A stretch of 64,000 nucleotides of DNA from a virus. Both the position numbers and the translations under genes were made by a program. How positions within the stretch are numbered: the stretch's first letter is position 1; each line of letters starts with the position of its first letter. The stretch covers positions 9,660 to 73,659 of the IMG/VR virus record IMGVR_UViG_3300037333_000056. One strand, written 5' to 3'. The notes below the pieces were generated by a model, which was given only the letters and a program-made list of their open reading frames with translations, was not told where the DNA came from and did no database searches. Positions 19,842 to 28,379 of this stretch are shown here, piece after piece.

Positions 19842-20361
19842 AGAAACAAGGACATACTTAGATAAAATGGAAGATGAAAAAGATGAAAAATACAAAGAGA
19901 GACATATGAGGAAGCAAGATCCACTAGAAGAGATGATGAGATTTCAAACAGACAGGGGGTTAAATTTACAAGAGTATGATGCGATGAATGAAGCTACATC
20001 TATTTTTGAAGAAATATTAGAGTCACTTGGATTTGATGTGCCAAAAGAGAACAGAAAGAGACTAAGAGGGCACATATCGACATTCATAGAATCACTTAAT
20101 ATGTTAAATATTGCTATGCCAGCAATAGATGGAAAACCTACTGGGTCAGACAGAGTTGATCCACATGCAGATATGATTGAACTTAATATAGGTGCAATAA
20201 TGAAGCTAGGACACAATGTTCCAGAATCTCTACTAGAAATGGCTAGAGAAATTAACGGACGCAAAGGTGAAATTGTAAACGGAAAGTTTGAAAAATATAA
20301 ACCTAATCATCCAAAATATGAAGAGCCATACAAGGCAAATTACAACAACACAAAATTATAA
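19834..20361 (+). CDS. MazG-like nucleotide pyrophosphohydrolase (putative)
   Basis: EEILE...VDPHAD...GKIVNGKFEK-like pattern typical of phage MazG/PRA-PH proteins. Confidence 0.55.
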   Translation: MTRETRTYLDKMEDEKDEKYKERHMRKQDPLEEMMRFQTDRGLNLQEYDAMNEATSIFEEILESLGFDVPKENRKRLRGHISTFIESLNMLNIAMPAIDGKPTGSDRVDPHADMIELNIGAIMKLGHNVPESLLEMAREINGRKGEIVNGKFEKYKPNHPKYEEPYKANYNNTKL

Positions 20362-20374
20362 AAAAGGACAAGGT

Positions 20375-20668
20375 ATGATGCTTATTGAGAGATTAACAGA
20401 AGAATTAAAGAAAAACAACGGTAAGATACCTAAGTCGTTCGTGGAAAGTATCTTGAACCATAAGGATACAAAAGTGTCACATGCTAAGTTGACACCGAAC
20501 ACGAGAGTGTGCGTTATTACAACAGTGTATGGGCATGACTTAGTTGGCTATGCACAGGTTCTAGATGCGTCAAATGACGTTGAACTAACTGGGCAATCAA
20601 TTGCATACAAAAATGCTGCTGATCAACTATGGTCAGTACTTGGCTCAGTTGCAAAAATATTACAGTAA
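20375..20668 (+). CDS. N4 gp49/Sf6 gp66-family protein (Acb4-like sponge candidate)
   Basis: TRVCVIT..YGHDLVGYAQVLD....ELTGQSIAYKNAADQLWSVLG. Confidence 0.65.
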   Translation: MMLIERLTEELKKNNGKIPKSFVESILNHKDTKVSHAKLTPNTRVCVITTVYGHDLVGYAQVLDASNDVELTGQSIAYKNAADQLWSVLGSVAKILQ

Positions 20669-20685
20669 ATAATTAAGGAGAAAAC

Positions 20686-20736
20686 ATGGCATGCAAAACC
20701 AAAAAGAAAAAAAGAACAACAAAGAAGAAAAAGTAA
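20686..20736 (+). CDS. 16-aa poly-lysine peptide
   Basis: AAGGAG RBS then MACKTKKKKRTTKKKK*. Confidence 0.5.
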   Translation: MACKTKKKKRTTKKKK

Positions 20737-20749
20737 AGAAAGGAAAAGT

Positions 20750-20983
20750 ATGAAAAAAATTGAAATCGGAGACACTGTCTATTTTATGAATCAAGACGAC
20801 TTCATGATTGTAAACGATATTATTGTCGAGATAACACAAACAGCAGACGGATACGAGTATTTTACTGCTAACGGAAATAGATTTGTTAATCCAGAACTAT
20901 TTTACACATCAAAAGAGTCATTTGCAAAAGCATGGCTAGATGCTAATGGATTAGCTATTGAAGCTACATTAACGAACATTTAA
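20750..20983 (+). CDS. Hypothetical protein
   Basis: AAGGA RBS; IGDTVYF start. Confidence 0.75.
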   Translation: MKKIEIGDTVYFMNQDDFMIVNDIIVEITQTADGYEYFTANGNRFVNPELFYTSKESFAKAWLDANGLAIEATLTNI

Positions 20984-21006
20984 AATTATAACACAAAGGA
21001 AACACA

Positions 21007-21186
21007 ATGGAAGCATTAACAGAAATTAAAGAGCAATTAGTAGACACATTAGAACTTATTGAGAAGCAAGAAGCAGGTTCTACATGGAACAAAGCAAACT
21101 CTGCAAGAATAAGAGTAGCACTTGGCAACATCAAACACGCTGTAACTCCAACTAGAAAAGAACTTCTAGCTGAAGATAAAAAGTAG
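21007..21186 (+). CDS. Hc1/histone-H1-like small protein (59 aa, missing from ORF track)
   Basis: AAAGGA RBS; WNKANSARIRVALGNIKHAVTPTRKELLAEDKK. Confidence 0.65.
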   Translation: MEALTEIKEQLVDTLELIEKQEAGSTWNKANSARIRVALGNIKHAVTPTRKELLAEDKK

Positions 21187-21192
21187 TAACGT

Positions 21193-21423
21193 ATGAAAGA
21201 GCTTACAGTTATAAAGGAAGAGCTCACTGCTGCTTTAGATAGGGCAGATACACTAATTGATTTAATAGCAAATGACGATTGGGACTTTACTGAGTCGCTA
21301 AGACTAAGAACTGAACTTGAAACGCTAAAAAAGAATGTATCTCCAACAAAAGTAGCATTAGTATATTATGACGATGCAATACTAGCTGCTGAAGAAGCAG
21401 AGGCTGAAGAAGAAGCTGAATAA
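21193..21423 (+). CDS. Acidic paralog of the Hc1-like protein
   Basis: LTVIKEEL...W....SLRLRTELETLKKNVSPTK aligns to the previous ORF; EEAEAEEEAE tail. Confidence 0.65.
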   Translation: MKELTVIKEELTAALDRADTLIDLIANDDWDFTESLRLRTELETLKKNVSPTKVALVYYDDAILAAEEAEAEEEAE

Positions 21424-21440
21424 TAAACATACACTACACA

Positions 21441-21469
21441 TAGAACCAGTGCGTCTTTTGCTGGTTCTA
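21441..21469. terminator. AGAACCAG/CTGGTTCT family hairpin
   Basis: TAGAACCAGT-GCGTCTTTT-GCTGGTTCTA. Confidence 0.65.
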
Positions 21470-21690
21470 CATCAAAGTGCATTTTAGGCAAAACATGCCA
21501 AAGAAATACAATCATAACTTTTTAAAGATAGGCAATATAATATCTGTATCAATATTTTATTTAAATAAAGAATACGGTATCTATATAACTATCAAAAATA
21601 AACAATCAAACATGTCATCATTAAGGAAACTTGTTGAGTTGAAACATGACATGATAAAACAATTAAACACAATATAAAAAAAGGATTAAT

Positions 21691-22362
21691 ATGGCAGAAC
21701 CAATATTAGTATTGGCAAAATCAGGATCTGGAAAAACTACTTCGCTTAGGAATTTAAACCCTAAAGACGTAATGGTTATCCAACCAAGGAAAAAGAGGCT
21801 TCCTTTCCCAAATAATGGATGGAACAAATGGGATAAAGACACCTCAGAAGGGTCAATATTTCAAGTAAATACATTCTCTGGAGTTAAAGCAGTGCTTGCT
21901 AAAATGCAAGAAGTAGGGAAGAAAGTTGTAGTTATAGACGACTTTGTCTATATCATGGCTCAAAGAGTAATGGACGATATAGACGACAAAGGATACGACA
22001 AATGGACTCAGCTGGCTGCAGACTTTAACAGTATGATGACATTTATTGACGACATGGACGAAAATATGAGAGTGTATATTTTAACACATACAGATAGCGA
22101 TGAGATGGGTAATGTAAAAATGAAAACAGCAGGAAAGCTTATTGATAACCTATTGACTCCAGAAGGAATGTTCAATATAGTATTTGGTATGGCGAAAACT
22201 GATTCAGATTCATTCTTTCTAACTAAGGGATCTACAATGGATCCATATAAAACTCCAATGGGAATGTTTAAAGACAAACAGATTCCTAACGATTTAAAAA
22301 TGGTGGATAATACTATTTGCGATTTCTATGGCATAGACAATAAATTAACACCTGTTTCTTAG
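21691..22362 (+). CDS. Sak4-like / AAA_24 ATP-binding protein (N4 gp44-like)
   Basis: AKSGSGKTTSLRNL, VVIDDF, GYDKW, KTAGKLID, KTPMGMF. Confidence 0.85.
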   Translation: MAEPILVLAKSGSGKTTSLRNLNPKDVMVIQPRKKRLPFPNNGWNKWDKDTSEGSIFQVNTFSGVKAVLAKMQEVGKKVVVIDDFVYIMAQRVMDDIDDKGYDKWTQLAADFNSMMTFIDDMDENMRVYILTHTDSDEMGNVKMKTAGKLIDNLLTPEGMFNIVFGMAKTDSDSFFLTKGSTMDPYKTPMGMFKDKQIPNDLKMVDNTICDFYGIDNKLTPVS

Positions 22363-22444
22363 TGTTTAGGACGCAAAATTAGAGCTTATCTAGACTACAG
22401 ATGATACCTAGTATTGTTTGGTCTAATTAACCAGTACAGAACCA

Positions 22445-22765
22445 GTGAATGGAAAGGATTATATTGTGAACAATGGAAAAGATTTCAATTATGCACTTCA
22501 GATGATAAAAGAAAATAGATCAGTTAGAAGACGAGGAAATAAAGATAGAACAATTTCAATAAGTTACATACGAAACAGCTTTGCAAAAGCACAAGGGTAT
22601 TCAGGAGGATTTAAAACAACCAATGAATTACTTAGTAATGGAAAAGATGTAGATATAAAAGCATATATAATGGAATATGGCAACGACGGAAAGAAAAGTA
22701 TATTTGTTCCAACTAGCGATGACATGTTTTCAGAAGACTGGGAAGTTGTTAAAGACACTGAATAA
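22445..22765 (+). CDS. DUF2829 / Tad2-like protein
   Basis: DFNYALQMIKENRSVRRRG...YI...FVPTSDDMFSEDWEVV. Confidence 0.65.
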   Translation: MNGKDYIVNNGKDFNYALQMIKENRSVRRRGNKDRTISISYIRNSFAKAQGYSGGFKTTNELLSNGKDVDIKAYIMEYGNDGKKSIFVPTSDDMFSEDWEVVKDTE

Positions 22766-22773
22766 CCAAATGC

Positions 22774-23010
22774 AGAACCAGTAACTAAGAGTATTAAATA
22801 AAAAGTATACTTGCCTCTGGTATGAAGATGTTATTGAAGATACGCATCGTATTTCGAAGATATAATGGCTTGCCTTTACAGCTTTTGCTGTAAAGGTTTC
22901 GTGCGTAGCCGAAATCATTATTCAAGAAAGCGAAGCGTAATCTGATATGGCATCTGTAATACCAGAATGATTTAGATAATAATGATAGAGGAGTATAGTT
23001 TACTGGTTCT
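22774..23010 (+). ncRNA. Candidate structured RNA/ssDNA rod C closed by AGAACCAGTAAC/GTTTACTGGTTCT
   Basis: Nested stems TCTGGTAT/ATACCAGA, AGATGTTAT/ATGGCATCT (two G-U), ACGC/GCGT, ATAATG/CATTAT; 10-bp CCTTTACAGC/GCTGTAAAGG hairpin; followed by a T-run. Confidence 0.55.
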
Positions 23011-23035
23011 TTTTGAATCTTAATCTATATCTCAT

Positions 23036-23176
23036 ACCTCTACAATTTGATATTTCACCAAACTTCCGTTCCTCAACAAATTATGATTTCTTCTGCCGTT
23101 CTTCGAACAGCATCAGAACCACTCACGTTATCAAATTATGTTTGCGGTACGGTTTTGCCTCATATCATTGTAGAGT
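23036..23176 (-). ncRNA. Candidate structured RNA/ssDNA rod D, convergent on C
   Basis: CTCTACAAT..TGATAT/ATATCATTGTAGAG, CCGT/ACGG, GTTC-TTC-GAAC apex; minus-strand TATAAT at 23201-23196. Confidence 0.45.
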
Positions 23177-23254
23177 ACGGGGTAGGTAATTTGGGATTAT
23201 AAGTATAAGTTATATTTACCGTATTAATTGATACGAATTACATAAATATGAAAG

Positions 23255-23393
23255 TGTTCACGTGTGAACAGTCGAGAATTATTCAAGAATCCTGTGCCGT
23301 ATAGATAAATAGTATGTTTAGTGTAAACTTTTATGCATTATTCGATCGAATAATGTGTTATTCTAATAAAGATAGGCTTATTCGATCGAATAA
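23255..23393. promoter_or_regulatory. Palindromic operator / parS-like sites
   Basis: TGTTCACGTGTGAACA (23255-23270), CATTATTCGATCGAATAATG (23336-23355), TTATTCGATCGAATAA (23378-23393). Confidence 0.75.
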
Positions 23394-23408
23394 AGAATGC
23401 TCTCTGGC

Positions 23409-23437
23409 TTGACTTAATTCAGGAAAAGTAGTATAAT
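23409..23437 (+). promoter_or_regulatory. Near-consensus sigma70 promoter
   Basis: TTGACT-17 bp-TATAAT. Confidence 0.8.
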
Positions 23438-23459
23438 ACATTAACATTTCGGAATAGAA

Positions 23460-24341
23460 ATGAATCACACGAAGGATTTCCTAATGGAAAAAGACAAAAA
23501 AATCAGGAATGAAGAGATATTCGCAAAGAGGATTGAAGAGGTTGAAATTCATACAATGGCTGAAATCAACCCTATGCAGAGCAAGGATGATTTTGTTGCT
23601 CTAAAATATAGTATAGAGCAGATAGGACAACAAGAACCAGTAGTTATGTTTAAAGGCAAACTGGTAGACGGGAGGAATAGACTTAAAGCAATTAAAGAGC
23701 TATATAATGAAGTTGCAGAAGAAGAAAAATTCAAATATAGAATGGTCAAATATAAAAAGCTACCGACAACCTTAAGTATATCAGAACTTGAAGAGATCAT
23801 TATAGGTAAAGAGACAAGAAGACATAAGACTTCTACTCAAAAAGCTGTTCAAGCAATGAACTACTATATCAAAAAAACAGAAGAAGGCATTGATATAAAC
23901 ATGACAAAAGTAGGGAAAATATTTGGAGCTTCACAAGCACAGTTGTCTAGAGCAATAACTTGCAGGAAGGCTGCAGGAGAGCTAGTGATTCAAAGACTTT
24001 TTAATGGTGAAAAGATAACGATCAGTAAATCAAAAAAAGATGGAACTATCTATAAAACTCAAACAGACAGCTTAGATGCAATTACTAAGTATTATAATGC
24101 AATAAATAAAAGTAACGCCTTAGGAAGATCTTCAGAACAGACTATTAGCTCAATAGAATTAAGCTATTCACAGATACTAGCAACAGAAATAATAGACGAC
24201 ATGTCATACGATGGGATAAATTACTTAATAAATATATTAGAGTCAAATAAAGACACACTAAAAGTAAATTATAACGTAACAAAAATGAAAACAGTAACAG
24301 GATTAGAAACAGTCTCGACAATAAATAAAGATAGTCAATAA
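23460..24341 (+). CDS. ParB N-terminal-domain protein with HTH
   Basis: LKYSIEQIGQQEPVV..GKLVDGRNRLKAI; RRH motif; HTH MTKVGKIFGASQAQLSRA. Confidence 0.85.
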   Translation: MNHTKDFLMEKDKKIRNEEIFAKRIEEVEIHTMAEINPMQSKDDFVALKYSIEQIGQQEPVVMFKGKLVDGRNRLKAIKELYNEVAEEEKFKYRMVKYKKLPTTLSISELEEIIIGKETRRHKTSTQKAVQAMNYYIKKTEEGIDINMTKVGKIFGASQAQLSRAITCRKAAGELVIQRLFNGEKITISKSKKDGTIYKTQTDSLDAITKYYNAINKSNALGRSSEQTISSIELSYSQILATEIIDDMSYDGINYLINILESNKDTLKVNYNVTKMKTVTGLETVSTINKDSQ

Positions 24342-25162
24342 TGGATATTACTTATTTCTCAAGATTTAAGAAGCAAATTGAAAATGAAAATACTAAGATA
24401 ACAGCAATCAACCTTATAAAAGAAGATGATGCAGGCGGATTATACAGCGTCAGCTTTATAAGGTCTTCAGTGATCTATCGAGTAAAGTTCATTGATAATA
24501 GAATTTACATAGGCCAGACAGCAAATTTTAACAACAGGATGGAACAACATAATTTACGCTTTGGTAGTATTAACATAGATAATGTAAAAATAATTAAATA
24601 TTATGCAGAACAAGATGATGAGATAAATTACATAAGAAAGTATAGAAAACGATATGGCTGGGACAATGTAGTAAATGTCGATAGAGGTTCTGTGGTTCCA
24701 GCGATGACAACAGATATTATCTCAAGGTGGTTCAATAGAACACCTAGCCAACTAGCAATAAAGTCTTGGTATTATTATTGCAATAAAGAGAACAAGTGCA
24801 CATTGGCTGAAGCTGCTGCGAAAACTGGTGCTTCTGTTGCTAACGTAAAAAGAGCAAACAAGATAGGTGGAGTCAAGCAGAACCAGTTTAAACGTCCAGA
24901 TATACTTGATCTATTGTATAATGGCGAAAAGTTTCCATTAGATAATTTTATGGAAACAGATTCTCTTGCAGCAATTGAAAACTTCCTAAGAAAGCAAGAA
25001 TTATCAAGAAAAGAAAAACTAACTGGGATAGCTGTTAACAAAGAAGAGCTATCAGAAGCAGAGAATGACATAGTAGATTCAATACTAATTAAGATAGACG
25101 GCGAAGCAAACAGAGTAAAAAAGGCTATAGCGAGCAAAATATATGCACAGGTAATGCAATAA
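24341..25162 (+). CDS. GIY-YIG-like nuclease fused to the ParB-type HTH/C-terminal region
   Basis: VIYRVKF....YIGQTANFNNRMEQH; C-half (LAEAAAKTGASVANVKRA, LYNGEKF, TDSLAAI) is paralogous to the upstream protein. Confidence 0.7.
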   Translation: MDITYFSRFKKQIENENTKITAINLIKEDDAGGLYSVSFIRSSVIYRVKFIDNRIYIGQTANFNNRMEQHNLRFGSINIDNVKIIKYYAEQDDEINYIRKYRKRYGWDNVVNVDRGSVVPAMTTDIISRWFNRTPSQLAIKSWYYYCNKENKCTLAEAAAKTGASVANVKRANKIGGVKQNQFKRPDILDLLYNGEKFPLDNFMETDSLAAIENFLRKQELSRKEKLTGIAVNKEELSEAENDIVDSILIKIDGEANRVKKAIASKIYAQVMQ

Positions 25163-25265
25163 AATAACAACTATAGCAAACAAAGAATACCTGAGACGGT
25201 AAGTTGATCACAAAAATGAATGTGAGAAAGATAAATAAAAACAAAATAAATAAAAGGAAATAAAC

Positions 25266-25892
25266 ATGAGTAACATTTTTGACGAATTAGGATTAGACGC
25301 AGCAGCATACACAGAGGCAGAAGCACAAGAGGTATCATCAGGATTTGAGGTATTACCATCTGGTTCTTACGTAGCTGAAGTAAAACTACTTGCAACATTT
25401 ACAACTGAAAAAGGTGCTGGTATGATGCTAGCAGACATAGAAGTGACAAATGGAGATGATAAACGCACAATTACAGTGTACCAAAACGTTAAGAAAAAGA
25501 ATGGTGAGGCAAACCCTATTGGAACTGCTACATTCAAGCATATCATCGAAGCAACTGGTTCTGAGATGGCAGCACTGACAACAAAGAAAGAAACAATTAA
25601 AGCATATGGTAAAGACGTAGAAGGTACTGTTGTTAATGGTATTGCTGGAAAGAAATTATTGGCTCTAGTAAGACACGTATTTGCTGAGGGTGAAGACTAC
25701 GAAAACTTCAATGAGATTGAAGGATATGTAAAGACAGACGGTACAAACTCAAAAGGCGAAAACCAGCTTGATGCATTTAAGGAAAAGATTGAAAAGAATC
25801 CTATTCTAAAAAGAAAACCGAAAGCAGGGGCTAAACAACAGTCCACTACAGATGCAGGAACAACTGCAGCCGACGTAGCCAGCATGCTATAG
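25266..25892 (+). CDS. Single-stranded DNA-binding protein (N4 gp45-like)
   Basis: GFEVLPSGSY.AEVK..A...KGA; position after gp44-like and before the resolvase. Confidence 0.7.
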   Translation: MSNIFDELGLDAAAYTEAEAQEVSSGFEVLPSGSYVAEVKLLATFTTEKGAGMMLADIEVTNGDDKRTITVYQNVKKKNGEANPIGTATFKHIIEATGSEMAALTTKKETIKAYGKDVEGTVVNGIAGKKLLALVRHVFAEGEDYENFNEIEGYVKTDGTNSKGENQLDAFKEKIEKNPILKRKPKAGAKQQSTTDAGTTAADVASML

Positions 25893-25921
25893 CAGAGTAT
25901 ATACAATTATATATTTATGTA

Positions 25922-25953
25922 TTAGTATCCATGATCTTGTATCTGGGTACTAA
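25922..25953 (+). terminator. Hairpin after SSB gene
   Basis: TTAGTATCCA...TGGGTACTAA. Confidence 0.5.
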
Positions 25954-25976
25954 CTAAGCTAGAGTTGGTTTTGCTG

Positions 25977-26135
25977 TGGTATAATTATGATGTTGCTGAA
26001 ACATAATAGATATTAACAAACCATAATATCCTATGCATAGACTAACAATATGCACAGACTTTTTTAATTTTCTATTTTTCCTTCCTTTTTTGATTTAAAA
26101 TTATTTATCTATAATATCATTATGAGTAGGCAACA
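25977..26135 (+). ncRNA. Extended -10 promoter and candidate sRNA with C/U-rich anti-SD loop
   Basis: TGGTATAAT 25977-25985; stem TGTTGC..CATAAT..GATATT / AATATC ATTATG..GCAACA enclosing TTTTTCCTTCCTTTTTT. Confidence 0.45.
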
Positions 26136-26211
26136 CAAAATATACTACACCTGAACCAACTTTACTCTACACTGCAATACACAGCACAAACATATAACAA
26201 TAGGATAATGT

Positions 26212-26634
26212 ATGGAAAATACAATACTTCATAGACGCATACCTTTGCCAAAAAAAAAGACAAGATCTAAAAGTACAAACAAAGTAACTGAGACAATATG
26301 CACACTAAACAACATATCCTCATGGATTAGATTTAGCAAAACAAAGATAAAGAATGACTATAAAAATCTACTTCAAGACTTGTTTATTCCAGAACCAGAC
26401 AAGGAGTATAAGAGTATAGTAATTGAGTATAGGATACTTAGAGACTCAAATAGGCAGATCGACAAGGATAACGTCGTGTTTTCACTAAAATGGCTCTCTG
26501 ATCTTTTGGAGGAACTAGGATACATAAAAAATGATAATGTAGTTAATTTCAGAAGCTTCGACACGAAGCATGATTTAACACTAGATGAGACTATGCTAGA
26601 GATAAGAATAGTAGACAAGGATGAAAAATGGTAG
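26212..26634 (+). CDS. RusA-like Holliday junction resolvase
   Basis: RQIDKDNV...KWLSDLL...GYIKNDN. Confidence 0.7.
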   Translation: MENTILHRRIPLPKKKTRSKSTNKVTETICTLNNISSWIRFSKTKIKNDYKNLLQDLFIPEPDKEYKSIVIEYRILRDSNRQIDKDNVVFSLKWLSDLLEELGYIKNDNVVNFRSFDTKHDLTLDETMLEIRIVDKDEKW

Positions 26635-26641
26635 TGAAACA

Positions 26642-26782
26642 ATGTTTGTTAGATTTTTAATATTTACTGCTACAGCAGCAATTAAAGGTCTAGCTACAAG
26701 AGAAAACGCAGAGAAAGCATATAAATTGTACAAAAAGAAAAAGAAAGCAAAATCAAAAAAGAAAAGAAAAGGGAGAAAATGA
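26642..26782 (+). CDS. Small Lys-rich protein (46 aa)
   Basis: MFVRFLIFTATAAIKG...KKKKKAKSKKKRKGRK*, ATGA overlap with the next gene. Confidence 0.45.
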   Translation: MFVRFLIFTATAAIKGLATRENAEKAYKLYKKKKKAKSKKKRKGRK

Positions 26783-28209
26783 CAGATGAACAACAAATAG
26801 CTGTACAAAAAATAAAAGAACCAACATGTAACCTTCTAAAGATAGCAGCGAAGAGTGGATCAGGCAAAACATATCTACTTATTAAATTGGCAGAAGAGCT
26901 TAACGTAAAAAGTGGAATGTACCTTGCATACAATAAGTCAATTGCGTTAGAAGCAGCAGAAAAGTTTAGTGCAAATGTAGAATGTATGACTACCCACTCA
27001 TTGGCATACAAGTCAGTAGTAAGGCAGTTAAAATTAAAGGTAGGTTTTTTTGGGTACAAATCAATACAAGAAAAAATGAGATACGAGCATAAGCTAATGA
27101 CAATAGACACAATAACAGACTTTTGCCTATCAAAACACACTACTTTTGACAACTATAATAACTCAGATACAAGAAGAACTGAAAGCTTAAACAACATAAA
27201 TCCAAAGATTCTGTATCTGGCAAAATCATATCTACAGAAAATGTTTACTGGGTCAATACCTTTGTTCCATCAACATTACTTAAAGCTGTACCACATGATG
27301 CTTGCATCTGGAAAAATAAATCAAAGTGAGCTAGACTATTTAGCAATGGATGAGTGTGGAGACATAAATAGTGTAACACTTGAAATATTCAAACTACTTA
27401 ATGCAAAAAAAAAAGTTATGGTAGGAGACCCAGAGCAAAACATATACACATTTAACAAAACAGTTAATGGGTTTAAAGAGCTTAGTGGAATAGGAGAAGA
27501 GGTATATCTAACTAGATCATTTAGATGTAGTACGGATATTGCAAAAAGAGTTGAGTTATTTATGAACATACACATTGATCCATATGCACGTTTTGCTGGG
27601 ACAGATACTCCGGAACCAGATATTAAAGATGAAGTATACATATCAAGAACAAACTCAGCAATGATTGGAACCATGATAGAGCTAATAAAAGAAAATAAAA
27701 AGTTCAATATGGCAAGAAATCCAAAAGACGTGTTTGAACTGGTTCTTATACTGTTGCATCTAAAACCAGGAGGAGAGGTATTGTCTCAGGAATGGAATCA
27801 CATGCAAACAGACGCAGACACATGGGGAGTATCAGAGTCTTTACAGAAAGAGCATGGAAGTGTTTTGTCATATATACTTAGTAAATATGGAGAAGATATA
27901 TCAATTAAGACAGCATTCAACATGATAAAAAAATATGGATATGACGATATAATGATGGCATATACATATGCAAAAAAGCATAAAGACGACGATTGCAAGC
28001 ATACAATAACACTAAGCTCATCACACTCTGTGAAGGGTCTAGAATTCTATAAAGTATATATAAACGATGATCTTAATGCATCAGTATCTGCAGTTATTGA
28101 AAAAAAAGAACCTAATGAATATGACGATAAAGAACTTGAACTAATGAGGTTGTATTATGTTGCATGCACAAGAGCTAGCCACGTATTACTTAATGCTGAA
28201 CATTTATAA
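26779..28209 (+). CDS. UvrD/Rep-like SF1 helicase
   Basis: AKSGSGKT, YLAYN, THSLAY, MDECGD, VGDPEQNIY, LTRSFRC, HSVKGLE, YVACTRA. Confidence 0.9.
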   Translation: MTDEQQIAVQKIKEPTCNLLKIAAKSGSGKTYLLIKLAEELNVKSGMYLAYNKSIALEAAEKFSANVECMTTHSLAYKSVVRQLKLKVGFFGYKSIQEKMRYEHKLMTIDTITDFCLSKHTTFDNYNNSDTRRTESLNNINPKILYLAKSYLQKMFTGSIPLFHQHYLKLYHMMLASGKINQSELDYLAMDECGDINSVTLEIFKLLNAKKKVMVGDPEQNIYTFNKTVNGFKELSGIGEEVYLTRSFRCSTDIAKRVELFMNIHIDPYARFAGTDTPEPDIKDEVYISRTNSAMIGTMIELIKENKKFNMARNPKDVFELVLILLHLKPGGEVLSQEWNHMQTDADTWGVSESLQKEHGSVLSYILSKYGEDISIKTAFNMIKKYGYDDIMMAYTYAKKHKDDDCKHTITLSSSHSVKGLEFYKVYINDDLNASVSAVIEKKEPNEYDDKELELMRLYYVACTRASHVLLNAEHL

Positions 28210-28221
28210 AAAAAGGAAAAA

Positions 28222-28357
28222 CATGAATGAATATTTAAACATAAGTGGAGGAATTATTTTTGGGCTAGCAGTAGTCACGCTGATAGCGTTCCCACTATTC
28301 TTCTTTTTATCAATAGCTGGATATTTTATATTTAAAGAACTTAACGAGAACCAGTAA
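28222..28357 (+). CDS. Small membrane protein (start approximate)
   Basis: AAGGA RBS, MNEYLNISGGIIFGLAVVTLIAFPLFFF hydrophobic segment. Confidence 0.55.
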
Positions 28358-28371
28358 AACAAACTGGTTCT
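28347..28371. terminator. Bidirectional terminator-like hairpin at the convergence of the two genome arms
   Basis: AGAACCAGT-AAAACAA-ACTGGTTCT. Confidence 0.7.
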
Positions 28372-28379
28372 TTGCTACA

